Shown: positions 9,329 through 18,620 of the stretch, piece after piece
Numbering within the stretch: the first letter of the stretch is position 1
Layout: each line of letters begins with the position of its first letter
DNA from: a virus
Taxonomy: Duplodnaviria; Caudoviricetes
Length of the DNA stretch: 56,971 nt
Reading direction: 5' to 3' (one strand)
Virus record (IMG/VR): IMGVR_UViG_3300044630_000901
Coordinates: 1-56,971 of that record
Program-made: the position numbers and the translations under genes
Notes under the pieces: generated by a model
Told to the model about the DNA's origin: nothing
Seen by the model: only the letters and a program-made list of their open reading frames with translations
Database searches by the model: none

Positions 9329-9939
9329 TGGCCAAAATCTGGGATGACTTCCTGCCACTGATGTCCCCGCACCTGCCCGGGTGCCCTAACGCATCCATGC
9401 GCCTATATCTGGCTTCTACTGCGGCTGATTTCTTCGCCCGCACGTATCTGTGGCGCGAGCAGATTGACGCTATCTACGTGGCCCCAAACCAAGTTGACTA
9501 TGACTTGGACACTGACACTGGACTTGTGGAGAACGTGATCTCTGTGGTGTATGGAGAAGCCACGCTGACTCGTACAGACCTGCGCTTGATCGGCGCTGAG
9601 AAACTGTCCGAAGTAGGCGAGCCACGCGAGTACTGGATTCAGGCCGACAACAGCATCCGCATCTTCCCAACTCCCGAAGCCCGTACCTCACTGAAGGTCT
9701 ACGCCGTCTTGAAGCCCAACCGCAACGGCACTGGCGTCGAAGACTGGATTTACGAGACGTGGGCTGACACCATTGTCAGCGGTGCCATCGCTCAGCTGGC
9801 CATGACACCGGGCAAAGAATGGTCCGACATCGCGCTGGCTGGCATGCACAAGGGTTTGTACGAGCGGGCTATCACAAACGCACGCGTCCGAGATTTTCGT
9901 GGCGTACGCATGATGGTGCGTCAGCGCCCAGCGGCATAA
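9328..9939 (+). CDS. Second adaptor / tail tubular-like protein
   Basis: 203 aa, TAATG-coupled to the previous gene; structural context. Confidence 0.55.
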   Translation: MAKIWDDFLPLMSPHLPGCPNASMRLYLASTAADFFARTYLWREQIDAIYVAPNQVDYDLDTDTGLVENVISVVYGEATLTRTDLRLIGAEKLSEVGEPREYWIQADNSIRIFPTPEARTSLKVYAVLKPNRNGTGVEDWIYETWADTIVSGAIAQLAMTPGKEWSDIALAGMHKGLYERAITNARVRDFRGVRMMVRQRPAA

Positions 9940-9948
9940 GGAGCTACC

Positions 9949-10281
9949 ATGGCTGAGAAAATTAAGCTGGTTCAGGGCGACACCCGTCCAGCCATTGTTT
10001 GCACGATCACAGATGACGTGACCAACGCCGTCATTCCACTTACAGGCGCTACCGTGGTGCTGAAATTCCGCGCTGCTGGTGCCACTACACTGACCGCAAC
10101 GGTACCCGGGGCCATCACGGATGGTCCTAACGGCGTTGTTGCGTTCTACCCAGCGTCAGAGCCTACCATGTTGCAGGGTGAGCCCGGGGACTACGAAGGC
10201 GAGATCGAGATCACGTTCAGTGACGGTCAGATTCAGACTGTGTATGACCTCCTGAAATTCAAGTTGCGCGAGGACTTCTGA
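9949..10281 (+). CDS. BppU N-terminal-like Ig-fold structural protein
   Basis: 'QGDTRP...LTGATV...GDYEGEIEITFSDG' pattern. Confidence 0.55.
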   Translation: MAEKIKLVQGDTRPAIVCTITDDVTNAVIPLTGATVVLKFRAAGATTLTATVPGAITDGPNGVVAFYPASEPTMLQGEPGDYEGEIEITFSDGQIQTVYDLLKFKLREDF

Positions 10282-11189
10282 TGAGCGTTAGGGTTGTTTC
10301 CAACACAACCGCGAGCTCCACAACTTTTGTGCGGCTGCGTGCCGCTGTTGCGGTCGCTGAGGACCTTGCTGCAACGGTAGCTTACGCACTACCTGTGGCG
10401 CGGATAGACTACATCGACTTGTCCGTTGGTGCCGTACTGGATACGTCCGGGCGTTTTAAATTTATCACGGACAGCGTACTACTGCTTGATGCTCCGAAGT
10501 TTGACTTGGTCAAAGCTTTAGCTGAAGCGTCCACTACGCTTGACTCTACGTCCATATCAGCGCTCAAGAACTTGGCCGACGGCTTTGCCATGAACGATGG
10601 CTCTGAGGCTGTCGATGGTTCTGTGTATTCCTTCGCCAAGGGCATTTCCAACATTGCGTTCGCCAATGACGCTACGGCAACAGCGGCGCTTAAGCTGCTG
10701 CAGGATACTCAGGTATTGCAGGACTTGGTGGCCAAGGTATTGACTCGTCCGATTGCTGACGTTTCCAACACGACTGATAGCGAAACTGTTTCTGCGCTCA
10801 AAGGACTGTCCGACTCTGTCGAAATGCAGGACTCCCTAGTCACATTGCTTTTGTATTTGCGCACCTTTGCAAATAGCGTAGCAGTGGCAGACGCAGACGC
10901 TCGTGTGTATTCTCTGCCTAAAACAGAGCAGGTAGCGGTTTCGGACAACTATTTTATTGACTGGGCCAAAAGTCTGGCGCACAGCGTCACCCCAACAGAC
11001 GTTCCCGTCTTTTCCGTAGAAAAGCCCATCTCTGACGCACTTATTGCTGGTGAGGCAAAAATCTTGTCCTTTACCTCAGCTCGTGTAGAATCCGTCACAG
11101 TGCCTGATGTAGGGCTCTTGTCGGTGCAAGACTACTGTGACTTGAGCTACTTTGCTGAAGATTACGTAGGCTTATCACAATCTTTCTAG
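10281..11189 (+). CDS. Hypothetical structural protein with degenerate S/D/A/T repeats
   Basis: 302 aa with repeated 'SALKxLxD' units; tail region. Confidence 0.55.
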   Translation: MSVRVVSNTTASSTTFVRLRAAVAVAEDLAATVAYALPVARIDYIDLSVGAVLDTSGRFKFITDSVLLLDAPKFDLVKALAEASTTLDSTSISALKNLADGFAMNDGSEAVDGSVYSFAKGISNIAFANDATATAALKLLQDTQVLQDLVAKVLTRPIADVSNTTDSETVSALKGLSDSVEMQDSLVTLLLYLRTFANSVAVADADARVYSLPKTEQVAVSDNYFIDWAKSLAHSVTPTDVPVFSVEKPISDALIAGEAKILSFTSARVESVTVPDVGLLSVQDYCDLSYFAEDYVGLSQSF

Positions 11190-11199
11190 GAGTTCCACC

Positions 11200-11637
11200 A
11201 TGATCCGTGACGGTTTGAAAATTACCGGTGCAGTTGAAATCACGTTGTTCGACAAGAACGGCGACGTCAAAGACACCCGCAGCATCAAGAACTTGGTTGT
11301 CACCACCGGCAAAACTTTTATCGCTGGCCGCATGGTTGGCACCCCCGCTGTTATGAGCCACATGGCCATTGGCGAAGACAACACCGCTGCTGCTGTTGGT
11401 GACACCGCGCTGCTCGACGAAGCTGGTCGTGTCGCCTTGGCATCTGCAACTTCGACTGGTGCTGTTGTGACCTACACTGCGACCTTTGATGCCGGTACCG
11501 GCACTGGTGCTATTGTGGAAGCAGGCATCCTAAACAACTCTTCTGGCGGCACTTTGCTGTGCCGTTCGGTATTCCCCGTTGTCAACAAGGGCGCTGACGA
11601 CGGCATGTCGATCACTTGGACCGTCACGGTTTCCTAA
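11200..11637 (+). CDS. Tail-associated structural protein
   Basis: 'NLVVTTG...HMAIG...IVEAGI...TWTVTVS' resembles tail-fibre/collar N-terminal families. Confidence 0.6.
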   Translation: MIRDGLKITGAVEITLFDKNGDVKDTRSIKNLVVTTGKTFIAGRMVGTPAVMSHMAIGEDNTAAAVGDTALLDEAGRVALASATSTGAVVTYTATFDAGTGTGAIVEAGILNNSSGGTLLCRSVFPVVNKGADDGMSITWTVTVS

Positions 11638-11651
11638 TATAGGGGGCCGAC

Positions 11652-13718
11652 ATGGCTAGCATCACCACCCGCGCTGGCAAAGGCTCTCCGCTAACCAACG
11701 CGGAGGTTGATGCCAACTTTGATAACCTGAATACGGGCAAGCTGGAACTTTCTGGCGGCACGATGACAGGTGCGCTTACGCTTAACGCGAACCCTACGCA
11801 AGTGCTACACGCTGCCTCTAAGCAGTATGTTGACGGCTTGGTTGCCTCTGGCATCCACTTCCACCAACCAGTGCGTGTAGAGGCTCCTGCTAACCTGAAC
11901 GCAACATACAACAACGGCACCGCAGGTGTGGGGGCAACCCTGACAAACGCAGGCACACAGGCTGCGTTGGTTGTTGATGGCGTGACTGTAAGCGCGGCAG
12001 ATCGAGTCCTTGTCTATGAGCAGACCGACCAGACACAAAACGGCGTGTACGTCGTCACCGATGCGGGCTCGGGCTCAACCAACTGGGTTTTGACGCGCTC
12101 GGCTGACACAAATACCTACGTCATCAACAATGCCAGCGGATTAAGCGAAGGCTCGACTGTATTCGTTCAGCAAGGTACAACAGGCGCTGGCGAGACATAC
12201 ACCTGCAACACCAGTGGCACCATCACCTTTGGCACGACCAACATTTCGTTCGCCCAGATTTCTGCTGCCCAAATTTATTCTGCGGGCACTGGCCTGACAC
12301 TATCTGGCACCCAGTTTGCTGTAGCGGCTGACCAGCTGCTTCCTTCACAGTCCGGCAACGATGGTAAGTACCTGAAGACGGACGGTAGCACTACTTCGTG
12401 GGCGACGCTTACAAACCCCAACAACGGCACTCTGACGCTGGCGGTGGCAGGCACCGGCTTGTCCGGGGGAACAACCTTCACAGCTGACCAAGCAAGCAAC
12501 GCGACGTTTACTGTGACATCCGACGCTACCAGCGCCAACACAGTTGGCACCGTCGTCGCTAGAGATGGGTCTGGTAACTTCAGCGCTGGCACGATAACAG
12601 CCAACTTGACAGGAACAGCGTCTTCGGCCACAGCGCTTGCGACCGGTCGAACTGTTGCCATGACAGGGGACGTTGCGTACACGAGCGAAAGCTTTGACGG
12701 CACGGCCAACGTAACCGGCACAGCTACTTTGGCCAACACCACAGTCACGGCTGGAAGTTACACAAACGCGAGCATTACCGTAGATGCAAAAGGACGCCTC
12801 ACTGCGGCGTCAAGCGGCTCTGGCGGTGGCGTCACATCCATTGCTGGCACTGCCAACCAGATTACAGCTTCTGCATCCACCGGCGCAGTTACCCTTAGTC
12901 TGCCAGCAACCATCAACGTCAATACCAGCGGGAACGCGGCTACAGCTAGTACCGCATCTCAGGTAACAGTCAACTACAGCAACGACTCTGCCAGTACTTA
13001 CCAGATGCTGTGGGGGTCTGGCAACAGCGTGTACGGCACAGCCGGAATTTACTGCAATCCTTCTACGGATTATTTGTATGCCAACTCGATGTATTCCACT
13101 GGAGGCTGGCATCGAACTTCTGGAGCTACGGGCATATATTACGAGTCCTATGGACGGGGGATGAATCCTGCTGACGGCGCTGTTTCGTACGGCAACAACT
13201 GCGTTTACGGCAGTGGGCTAAACGGCTGGCAGGGTTGGTCGGTAAACACCAGCAACAATTGCATTTTGATGTCCAACAGCAGCACCCACGGGTTTTATAA
13301 TCCAGCTGGTGGGCTCTGGCAGGCTCAATGGGATAACTCTGGAAACGTAACTTGGAACGGCAACGTATCGGCGTATTCTGACTTGCGACTGAAAGAAAAC
13401 GTCAGGGAAATTGACGACGTTACAAAGCGCCGCGATACGCTGGCAAAAGCGGCTATCAAGTACGAGCGTGATGGGCGTACTAGAATTGGTTATGGCGCTC
13501 AAATCCTACGCGACAACGGCTGTTCTGAGTTTGTGGCGGAAGCTGATGACGCAATGAAAATTTCCACTGGCTTGGGGACTCTGTCGGTGGACTATGGTGA
13601 AACTACCTCGGTCCTTGCAGTGGCGTCCAAAATGACTGATATGCGTGTAGCTGAGCTGGAAGCTCGCGTTGCGCAACTCGAAGCATTGGTAGAAAAGGTG
13701 TTGAGTCATGGACGTTAA
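11652..13718 (+). CDS. Tail fibre with C-terminal intramolecular chaperone (peptidase S74-like)
   Basis: G/T/A-rich fibre repeats; 'YSDLRLKENVREID' autocleavage motif and terminal coiled coil. Confidence 0.85.
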   Translation: MASITTRAGKGSPLTNAEVDANFDNLNTGKLELSGGTMTGALTLNANPTQVLHAASKQYVDGLVASGIHFHQPVRVEAPANLNATYNNGTAGVGATLTNAGTQAALVVDGVTVSAADRVLVYEQTDQTQNGVYVVTDAGSGSTNWVLTRSADTNTYVINNASGLSEGSTVFVQQGTTGAGETYTCNTSGTITFGTTNISFAQISAAQIYSAGTGLTLSGTQFAVAADQLLPSQSGNDGKYLKTDGSTTSWATLTNPNNGTLTLAVAGTGLSGGTTFTADQASNATFTVTSDATSANTVGTVVARDGSGNFSAGTITANLTGTASSATALATGRTVAMTGDVAYTSESFDGTANVTGTATLANTTVTAGSYTNASITVDAKGRLTAASSGSGGGVTSIAGTANQITASASTGAVTLSLPATINVNTSGNAATASTASQVTVNYSNDSASTYQMLWGSGNSVYGTAGIYCNPSTDYLYANSMYSTGGWHRTSGATGIYYESYGRGMNPADGAVSYGNNCVYGSGLNGWQGWSVNTSNNCILMSNSSTHGFYNPAGGLWQAQWDNSGNVTWNGNVSAYSDLRLKENVREIDDVTKRRDTLAKAAIKYERDGRTRIGYGAQILRDNGCSEFVAEADDAMKISTGLGTLSVDYGETTSVLAVASKMTDMRVAELEARVAQLEALVEKVLSHGR

Positions 13719-13968
13719 AATCCTCCAGCATGATGTGCAAACTGCAAAAGCCACTATCCGCTTCACGCACGACGGCGCTGTTGTAGAGAACGAGTACGAC
13801 CTACTTTTGGTCTTACCTGACATGAAGTCAACCTTAAACAGAACCGGCAGCACGTTTGATGCAGAAATGCAAAACGCTGTGATTGCGACGCTAACAGGCT
13901 GGATGCAGCAGGCAGTCGATAGCGGCACCTTTAAAGCCCAGCGCCTGCAAAGCTTGCAAGGCATCTAA
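13708..13968 (+). CDS. Hypothetical tail-cassette protein
   Basis: 86-aa ORF overlapping the fibre stop. Confidence 0.6.
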   Translation: MDVKILQHDVQTAKATIRFTHDGAVVENEYDLLLVLPDMKSTLNRTGSTFDAEMQNAVIATLTGWMQQAVDSGTFKAQRLQSLQGI

Positions 13969-13969
13969 C

Positions 13970-14386
13970 ATGGGAACCGTCACGCAATACAACTTGGCCA
14001 ACGTGCAAGCTGCGCTTGGCGGGGGAAACCCCATATCCATGAGCGAGTATTACCGTGGTGGGCCTTATGTTCCGACAACAGGAACAACAACTGTTACAGA
14101 AGGTCCGTTATACACGCTAAACTCCTATGACTGGTACGAGTCTGGGAGCTACCTAAATATATACTGGGCCGGTACTATGGTTTACTCCTCGAGTAGTAAC
14201 TACGGCGCAACGAGTATAGCAGTTGGCTCTGTTACATATTTTAGAGGCACAGTCCAAAGAGTATTTTTTGGAACCTACAACTTCTCTGTGAGTAGGCAGT
14301 ACCCATCGACTGTTGCTATCAACACAGGGGTTCCTTCTTCAGGGAAAATTTCAATTGCACAATTGTACGGAGCAAGAAATCCATGA
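13970..14386 (+). CDS. Putative small tail-tip/adhesin protein
   Basis: 'GGGNPISMSEYYRGG..VP' and 'VPSSGKISIAQLYG' flank a Tyr/Ser-rich insert. Confidence 0.5.
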   Translation: MGTVTQYNLANVQAALGGGNPISMSEYYRGGPYVPTTGTTTVTEGPLYTLNSYDWYESGSYLNIYWAGTMVYSSSSNYGATSIAVGSVTYFRGTVQRVFFGTYNFSVSRQYPSTVAINTGVPSSGKISIAQLYGARNP

Positions 14387-14733
14387 ACATTCAACACAAA
14401 GTCGTTCAGATCGACACACACCCCGAAAAAGAAGGTCATCAGCACGTTGTGTCCGGTGTGCAGTGGCTTATGGTCGCAACCCGCAGTGGTTTTGAGTCTG
14501 TTGCGGTTGTACATTCCATTTTGCCAATTGGTGATCTTTCTCAGTTTACGCCAATTGAGCAGCTTACAAAAGAGCAACTGATCGCATGGGCTATAGCTTC
14601 TCAGGGCGGTCAGGAGTGGGTTGACAGCATGATGGCACACCACGATAGGTGTTTGGCTTTCGACGAAGCTCGTGCGGGTACAGTCCCATACACAGGCCAG
14701 CTTGCCTTTACGTTGGACACCCAACCAGAGTAA
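14383..14733 (+). CDS. Hypothetical tail-cassette protein
   Basis: 116 aa, 'FTPIEQLTKEQLIAW', ATGA-coupled. Confidence 0.6.
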   Translation: MNIQHKVVQIDTHPEKEGHQHVVSGVQWLMVATRSGFESVAVVHSILPIGDLSQFTPIEQLTKEQLIAWAIASQGGQEWVDSMMAHHDRCLAFDEARAGTVPYTGQLAFTLDTQPE

Positions 14734-14766
14734 AATCAGCCAACCCTTACCACGCCGAGTTCCGAC

Positions 14767-14991
14767 ATGGACAATCAACAGCTTTTCAACCTAGTCGTAT
14801 CCGTCGCTGGCTTTCTGGCGATCTATGTCATCAACAACCTGACCCGCACGATTCAGCGGCTGGAGGACAAGGTCAACGAGCTGCCGCACACCTACGTGGC
14901 CAAGGATGACTACCGATCTGACATCAGTGAGATCAAGTCCATGGTCAAGCAGATTTTCGACAAGCTGGACGGCAAGGCCGATAAGACATGA
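14767..14991 (+). CDS. Small membrane-anchored coiled-coil protein at the start of the lysis region
   Basis: N-terminal TM followed by a coiled coil ending 'IFDKLDGKADK'. Confidence 0.7.
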   Translation: MDNQQLFNLVVSVAGFLAIYVINNLTRTIQRLEDKVNELPHTYVAKDDYRSDISEIKSMVKQIFDKLDGKADKT

Positions 14992-15080
14992 GAGACTTCG
15001 CCGAGGCTCTTGTCGCGGCGGTTTTCATAGTCGGTATTGTCATTTGGACAGTAAAAGTAGTAGTTGAGGTACTGAGGTAA
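14988..15080 (+). CDS. 30-aa single-TM peptide (not in ORF track)
   Basis: MRDFAEALVAAVFIVGIVIWTVKVVVEVLR; ATGA and TAATG overlaps with its neighbours. Confidence 0.55.
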   Translation: MRDFAEALVAAVFIVGIVIWTVKVVVEVLR

Positions 15081-15571
15081 TGGACCCACTAACCGCGTTA
15101 GCGGCGGTAAGCGCTGCAGTCAACCTCGTCAAGAAAGCTGTCAAGACAGTCGATGACGTGCGTAGCCTCGGCCCTGTGTTGGGTAAATACTTCGATGCCA
15201 AGGCAGATGCTGTCAAGGTGCTCGAAGCGTCCAACAAAGGCGGGTTCGCTGGCTCCAACATGGGCAAGGCCGTGGAGCTGGAGCTGGCCATTGAGAACGC
15301 TCGCCAGTTCGAGGAGCAGGTCAAGCAGTTGTTCTTCCCTCACAACATGGACGTCTGGGAGAAGATCGTCAACCGCCGTGCCCAGATGGATGCGGACGAC
15401 AAGGCCCAGCGCCGCAGAGCCGCTGATGCAGCCAAGCAGGCCATCAAAAAGCGCAAGGAAGACATCGAGTTGTGGACTGCCATTACGCTGGCCACCATCG
15501 TCTTTGTGGTGCTCATGTGGATCGGCGTCGAGATCGTCTACTACTGCCGGGAGTTCAAATGTGGAAGTTGA
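15080..15571 (+). CDS. Hypothetical protein with C-terminal TM helix
   Basis: 'MDPLTALAAVSAA' start, coiled coil, hydrophobic C-terminal segment. Confidence 0.7.
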   Translation: MDPLTALAAVSAAVNLVKKAVKTVDDVRSLGPVLGKYFDAKADAVKVLEASNKGGFAGSNMGKAVELELAIENARQFEEQVKQLFFPHNMDVWEKIVNRRAQMDADDKAQRRRAADAAKQAIKKRKEDIELWTAITLATIVFVVLMWIGVEIVYYCREFKCGS

Positions 15572-15771
15572 TTTTGCCTCTTCTGTTTCTGGCTGGCTGT
15601 GAAGAGCAGTACCGGTATTTCTGCCAGAACCCTGACAACTTTCAAAAAGAGCAGTGTCAGAAGCCTCGCTGCCAGTTTACGCAGACTTGCCCTGAGTACA
15701 TGGTCGCACCCGTTTTGGAGAAACAAATTGAGCAAACCAAACCAGCTTCCGAGCCAACACCTGTCCGCTGA
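15559..15771 (+). CDS. Cys-rich lipoprotein
   Basis: MWKLILPLLFLAGC lipobox, GGAG SD, four further Cys. Confidence 0.7.
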   Translation: MWKLILPLLFLAGCEEQYRYFCQNPDNFQKEQCQKPRCQFTQTCPEYMVAPVLEKQIEQTKPASEPTPVR

Positions 15772-16243
15772 CCAGATTGAGGTCCGCATCTGGGGTTTCG
15801 TGGTCGTCATGATTACGTTGATCCTGACTTTTATTGTTGTTGCGCTGCTGTACTCGGTGACGTTCGTTACCCAGCCTATCAAGTCGATGGCCCCCATTGA
15901 CCAAGCGTATACCAAGATGCTCAACGACATCGTGCTGCTGATCGTTGGCGGTATCGGCGGCATTGTCGGCAAGCGGGCTATTGGCTCTATGGCTAATGCT
16001 GTGACGGGCGGTACGCCACCTGCTGCTCCTGCAGCCACACCTACCACGCCGCCTGCTCCGGCACCCGCTCCACAGCCTACCCCTGCTCCTTCAGTGCTGC
16101 CCAACTTCAACTGGATGGGGTTCAAGAACCCTGACCTCGACGAGTCGTGGACCCCCGGACCGCCACCCACTACACCCCCAGAGCATATGGAAGATGACGG
16201 GGAGCGCGAAGTTCTGGCCATTGCTCGCCAAGAGGTGAAGTGA
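15728..16243 (+). CDS. Two-TM membrane protein, holin candidate
   Basis: Probable TTG start after GGAG; two TM helices and a Pro-rich tail; upstream of the spanins and endolysin. Confidence 0.5.
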   Translation: MSKPNQLPSQHLSADQIEVRIWGFVVVMITLILTFIVVALLYSVTFVTQPIKSMAPIDQAYTKMLNDIVLLIVGGIGGIVGKRAIGSMANAVTGGTPPAAPAATPTTPPAPAPAPQPTPAPSVLPNFNWMGFKNPDLDESWTPGPPPTTPPEHMEDDGEREVLAIARQEVK

Positions 16244-16743
16244 TGTTCGGCATACCACTCCCGTGGGCTCTGTGCGGCGCTGCTGTTATAGCAGTCGTCA
16301 CCTACTTCACCGGGCACCACAAGGGCTGGGCCCAGCGTGACGCAGAGATGCAGGTAGAGATTGCCCGCAAGAACGAAGAGTCCCGCGCCAAAGAGCAGGA
16401 GATGGCCAAGGCTGTCACCGCTAAAGACGAAGAACTGAGAAAGGCAAACACCGATGTCGCCAAGAAACAAACTGACCTTAATCGCCTCATTGCTGCTGGC
16501 AGGGTGCGCCTCCCCACCTCCAGTTGTGTACAAGCCAGCCCAAGTGCCGCCCCTGCCACCGGAAATAGCCCAGAAGCGGGAGCCAAACCTGACGGACAGA
16601 CTGACCAAGCTACTGCTGACGAGCGAGAAACCCTCCGACTCATCGCCCAAATCGCTGCAGACGGAGACAAAGCCATCAACCAGCTCAACGCCTGCATCGA
16701 CGCCTACAACGAAGTGAGGAACACACTCAATGGTCAACGCTGA
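16240..16743 (+). CDS. Inner-membrane spanin (Rz-like)
   Basis: N-terminal TM, coiled coil, 'GRVRL', 'ADGDKAINQLNACIDAY'. Confidence 0.85.
   Translation: MMFGIPLPWALCGAAVIAVVTYFTGHHKGWAQRDAEMQVEIARKNEESRAKEQEMAKAVTAKDEELRKANTDVAKKQTDLNRLIAAGRVRLPTSSCVQASPSAAPATGNSPEAGAKPDGQTDQATADERETLRLIAQIAADGDKAINQLNACIDAYNEVRNTLNGQR
16454..16717 (+). CDS. Outer-membrane spanin (Rz1-like), embedded in Rz
   Basis: +1-frame ORF fully inside Rz with LLAGC lipobox and Pro-rich body. Confidence 0.8.
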   Translation: MSPRNKLTLIASLLLAGCASPPPVVYKPAQVPPLPPEIAQKREPNLTDRLTKLLLTSEKPSDSSPKSLQTETKPSTSSTPASTPTTK

Positions 16744-17329
16744 ACAACTCAAGCAACTGCATATCGACCCCAAGTGGGTTGACCCGCTGAACGAAACCTT
16801 CGAGCGCTTCAGCATCTTGACACCTCGCCAGCAGGCTGCCTTCCTCGGCCAGTGTGGGCACGAGTGCGGGAACTTCCGTGTGCTGGAGGAGAACCTGAAC
16901 TACCGGGCTGAGACGCTGATGAAAATCTGGCCACGCCGCTTTCCGACGCTGGAGATCGCCAACCAGTACGCCAAGAACCCCAAGAAGATAGCCAACAAGG
17001 TCTACGCTGACCGCATGGGCAACCGCGATGAGGCTTCCGGTGATGGCTACCGCTTCCGTGGTCGCGGGTGCATCCAGCTTACTGGCTCGGCCAACTACTT
17101 CCACGCAGGCAAGGCGCTGGGCGTCGATCTGATTATGGAGCCCGACTTGGTGGCTACGCCGCAGTACGCCGCGCTGACTGCCGGATTCTTCTGGAACACG
17201 CAGAAGCTGAACGCCATTGCCGAGTCAGGCAACAATCTGGCCCTGACCAAGAAGATCAACGGCGGAACCATCGGCCTGAACGACCGAATCTTGCACACCA
17301 ACCACGCCTTAGAGGTACTTGGCGGGTGA
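16730..17329 (+). CDS. Endolysin, glycoside hydrolase family 19
   Basis: 'AAFLGQCGHEC', 'ENLNY', 'FRGRGCIQLTG..NY', 'INGGTIGL.DR'. Confidence 0.92.
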   Translation: MVNAEQLKQLHIDPKWVDPLNETFERFSILTPRQQAAFLGQCGHECGNFRVLEENLNYRAETLMKIWPRRFPTLEIANQYAKNPKKIANKVYADRMGNRDEASGDGYRFRGRGCIQLTGSANYFHAGKALGVDLIMEPDLVATPQYAALTAGFFWNTQKLNAIAESGNNLALTKKINGGTIGLNDRILHTNHALEVLGG

Positions 17330-17370
17330 ACCACCCACGGGTACAATCGGCCAGATTACAGGAGCTCTGA

Positions 17371-18360
17371 ATGGCACAACAGTTTACGAACAACGCTCGG
17401 GCGCTTCTGGTGTCCGGCATATCCGATACAGCTACTACGCTGGTTATTGAGACGGACAAAGCCGACTTGTTCCCGGTGGCCAACGTCGGTACTGGGTTTT
17501 TGCCTTCGTCCAACAACTGGTTTAAGCTAACGCTGCAGAACTCGTCTGGCGCGGTAGAGATTGTCGCCGTGCGTACCCGCAACGCTGGCTCGGCCATTCT
17601 GTCGAACGTGATCCGTGGCTATGATGGAACTACGGCAATTTCGTTTTCCGCAGGCACAGTTGTAGGTTTGCGCCTGACGTCTGCCGACATCGAGTCAATC
17701 TTGTATTTGCCCGGTGCAGACAACGCTTTCACTGGCGACAACACTTTTAGTGGCAGCAACACTTTCAGCGGTGATACAGCGCTTGGAACCCCCGTTAGTG
17801 GCAATTTGACGAACATGGCGGGCCTGCCACTTACATCTGGCGTAACAGGCGTTTTGCCTATCGCCAACGGTGGTACAGGTGCTACAACAGCAACAGACGT
17901 ACGCGCTGCTCTCGATGTACCTACACGCACTGGCGGGTCGGCCTCTGGTACGTGGGCTATCAGCATTTCCGGTAACGCTGCTACCGCGACAAACGCTACA
18001 AACGCGGCAAACGCTACAAACGCGACAAACGCGACAAACGCGACAAACGCCGGTTATGCAACCAGCGCCGGTTCGGCGTCCACCGCTGGTAACGCTAGCA
18101 CAGTGACTACCGTCAGTACGGCCCAAGTCTTGAATGCTACCGCTGCAGCTTCAGCTGGCGGAGTCGGTACGTACGGCAGTTATTTCACGCAATTAGGCTT
18201 CACAGTGGGTGGTACGACTACCGGTAGCAGTATTTTTAGCGGGGGTGCGGGCACTTGGAGGTGCATGACTAAAAGCCAACCTGTAACTGTGTATGTACCT
18301 TCCGGGTGTAGTGCCGCGTTTGCAACTCACTGGACATATGAATTCCTCCGCATTTCTTAA
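17371..18360 (+). CDS. Second tail fibre/spike protein
   Basis: 'GVLPIANGGTGAT' fibre motif, TNA repeats, C-terminal 'GTWRCM...FLRIS'. Confidence 0.75.
   Translation: MAQQFTNNARALLVSGISDTATTLVIETDKADLFPVANVGTGFLPSSNNWFKLTLQNSSGAVEIVAVRTRNAGSAILSNVIRGYDGTTAISFSAGTVVGLRLTSADIESILYLPGADNAFTGDNTFSGSNTFSGDTALGTPVSGNLTNMAGLPLTSGVTGVLPIANGGTGATTATDVRAALDVPTRTGGSASGTWAISISGNAATATNATNAANATNATNATNATNAGYATSAGSASTAGNASTVTTVSTAQVLNATAAASAGGVGTYGSYFTQLGFTVGGTTTGSSIFSGGAGTWRCMTKSQPVTVYVPSGCSAAFATHWTYEFLRIS
17989..18051 (+). repeat. 7 x 9-bp tandem repeat (RCAAACGCN) encoding Thr/Ala-Asn-Ala
   Basis: Read directly. Confidence 0.9.
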
Positions 18361-18368
18361 GGATCATC

Positions 18369-18620
18369 ATGCAAGCAGAACTGACATCCCTGAGCAACCC
18401 GGTGTGGGTTGATGCGGACCATACTGCCATCAATTGCGCAATCACGACATCGCAGTTCGGCACCGAGGTTTTACCGTTCACAGCTTCGCCAAACGATTCA
18501 GAAGCCCACGGTCGCGCTATTTTTGCCGACATCGTTGCTGGCAAGTACGGCCCTATTGCAGAATACGTCGCGCCACCAACACCAGAGCAGCCTGACGTAA
18601 GTGGGGCCCAGACGCTGTGA
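18369..18620 (+). CDS. Putative tail fibre assembly chaperone
   Basis: 'NPVW...INC...PFTASPND...HGRAIF...GKYGPIAEY', directly after the fibre gene. Confidence 0.7.
   Translation: MQAELTSLSNPVWVDADHTAINCAITTSQFGTEVLPFTASPNDSEAHGRAIFADIVAGKYGPIAEYVAPPTPEQPDVSGAQTL

Noticed and set aside
11652-18360. Diversity-generating retroelement or invertible tail-fibre switch
   Set aside because: No reverse transcriptase, recombinase, or template/variable repeat pair was seen.
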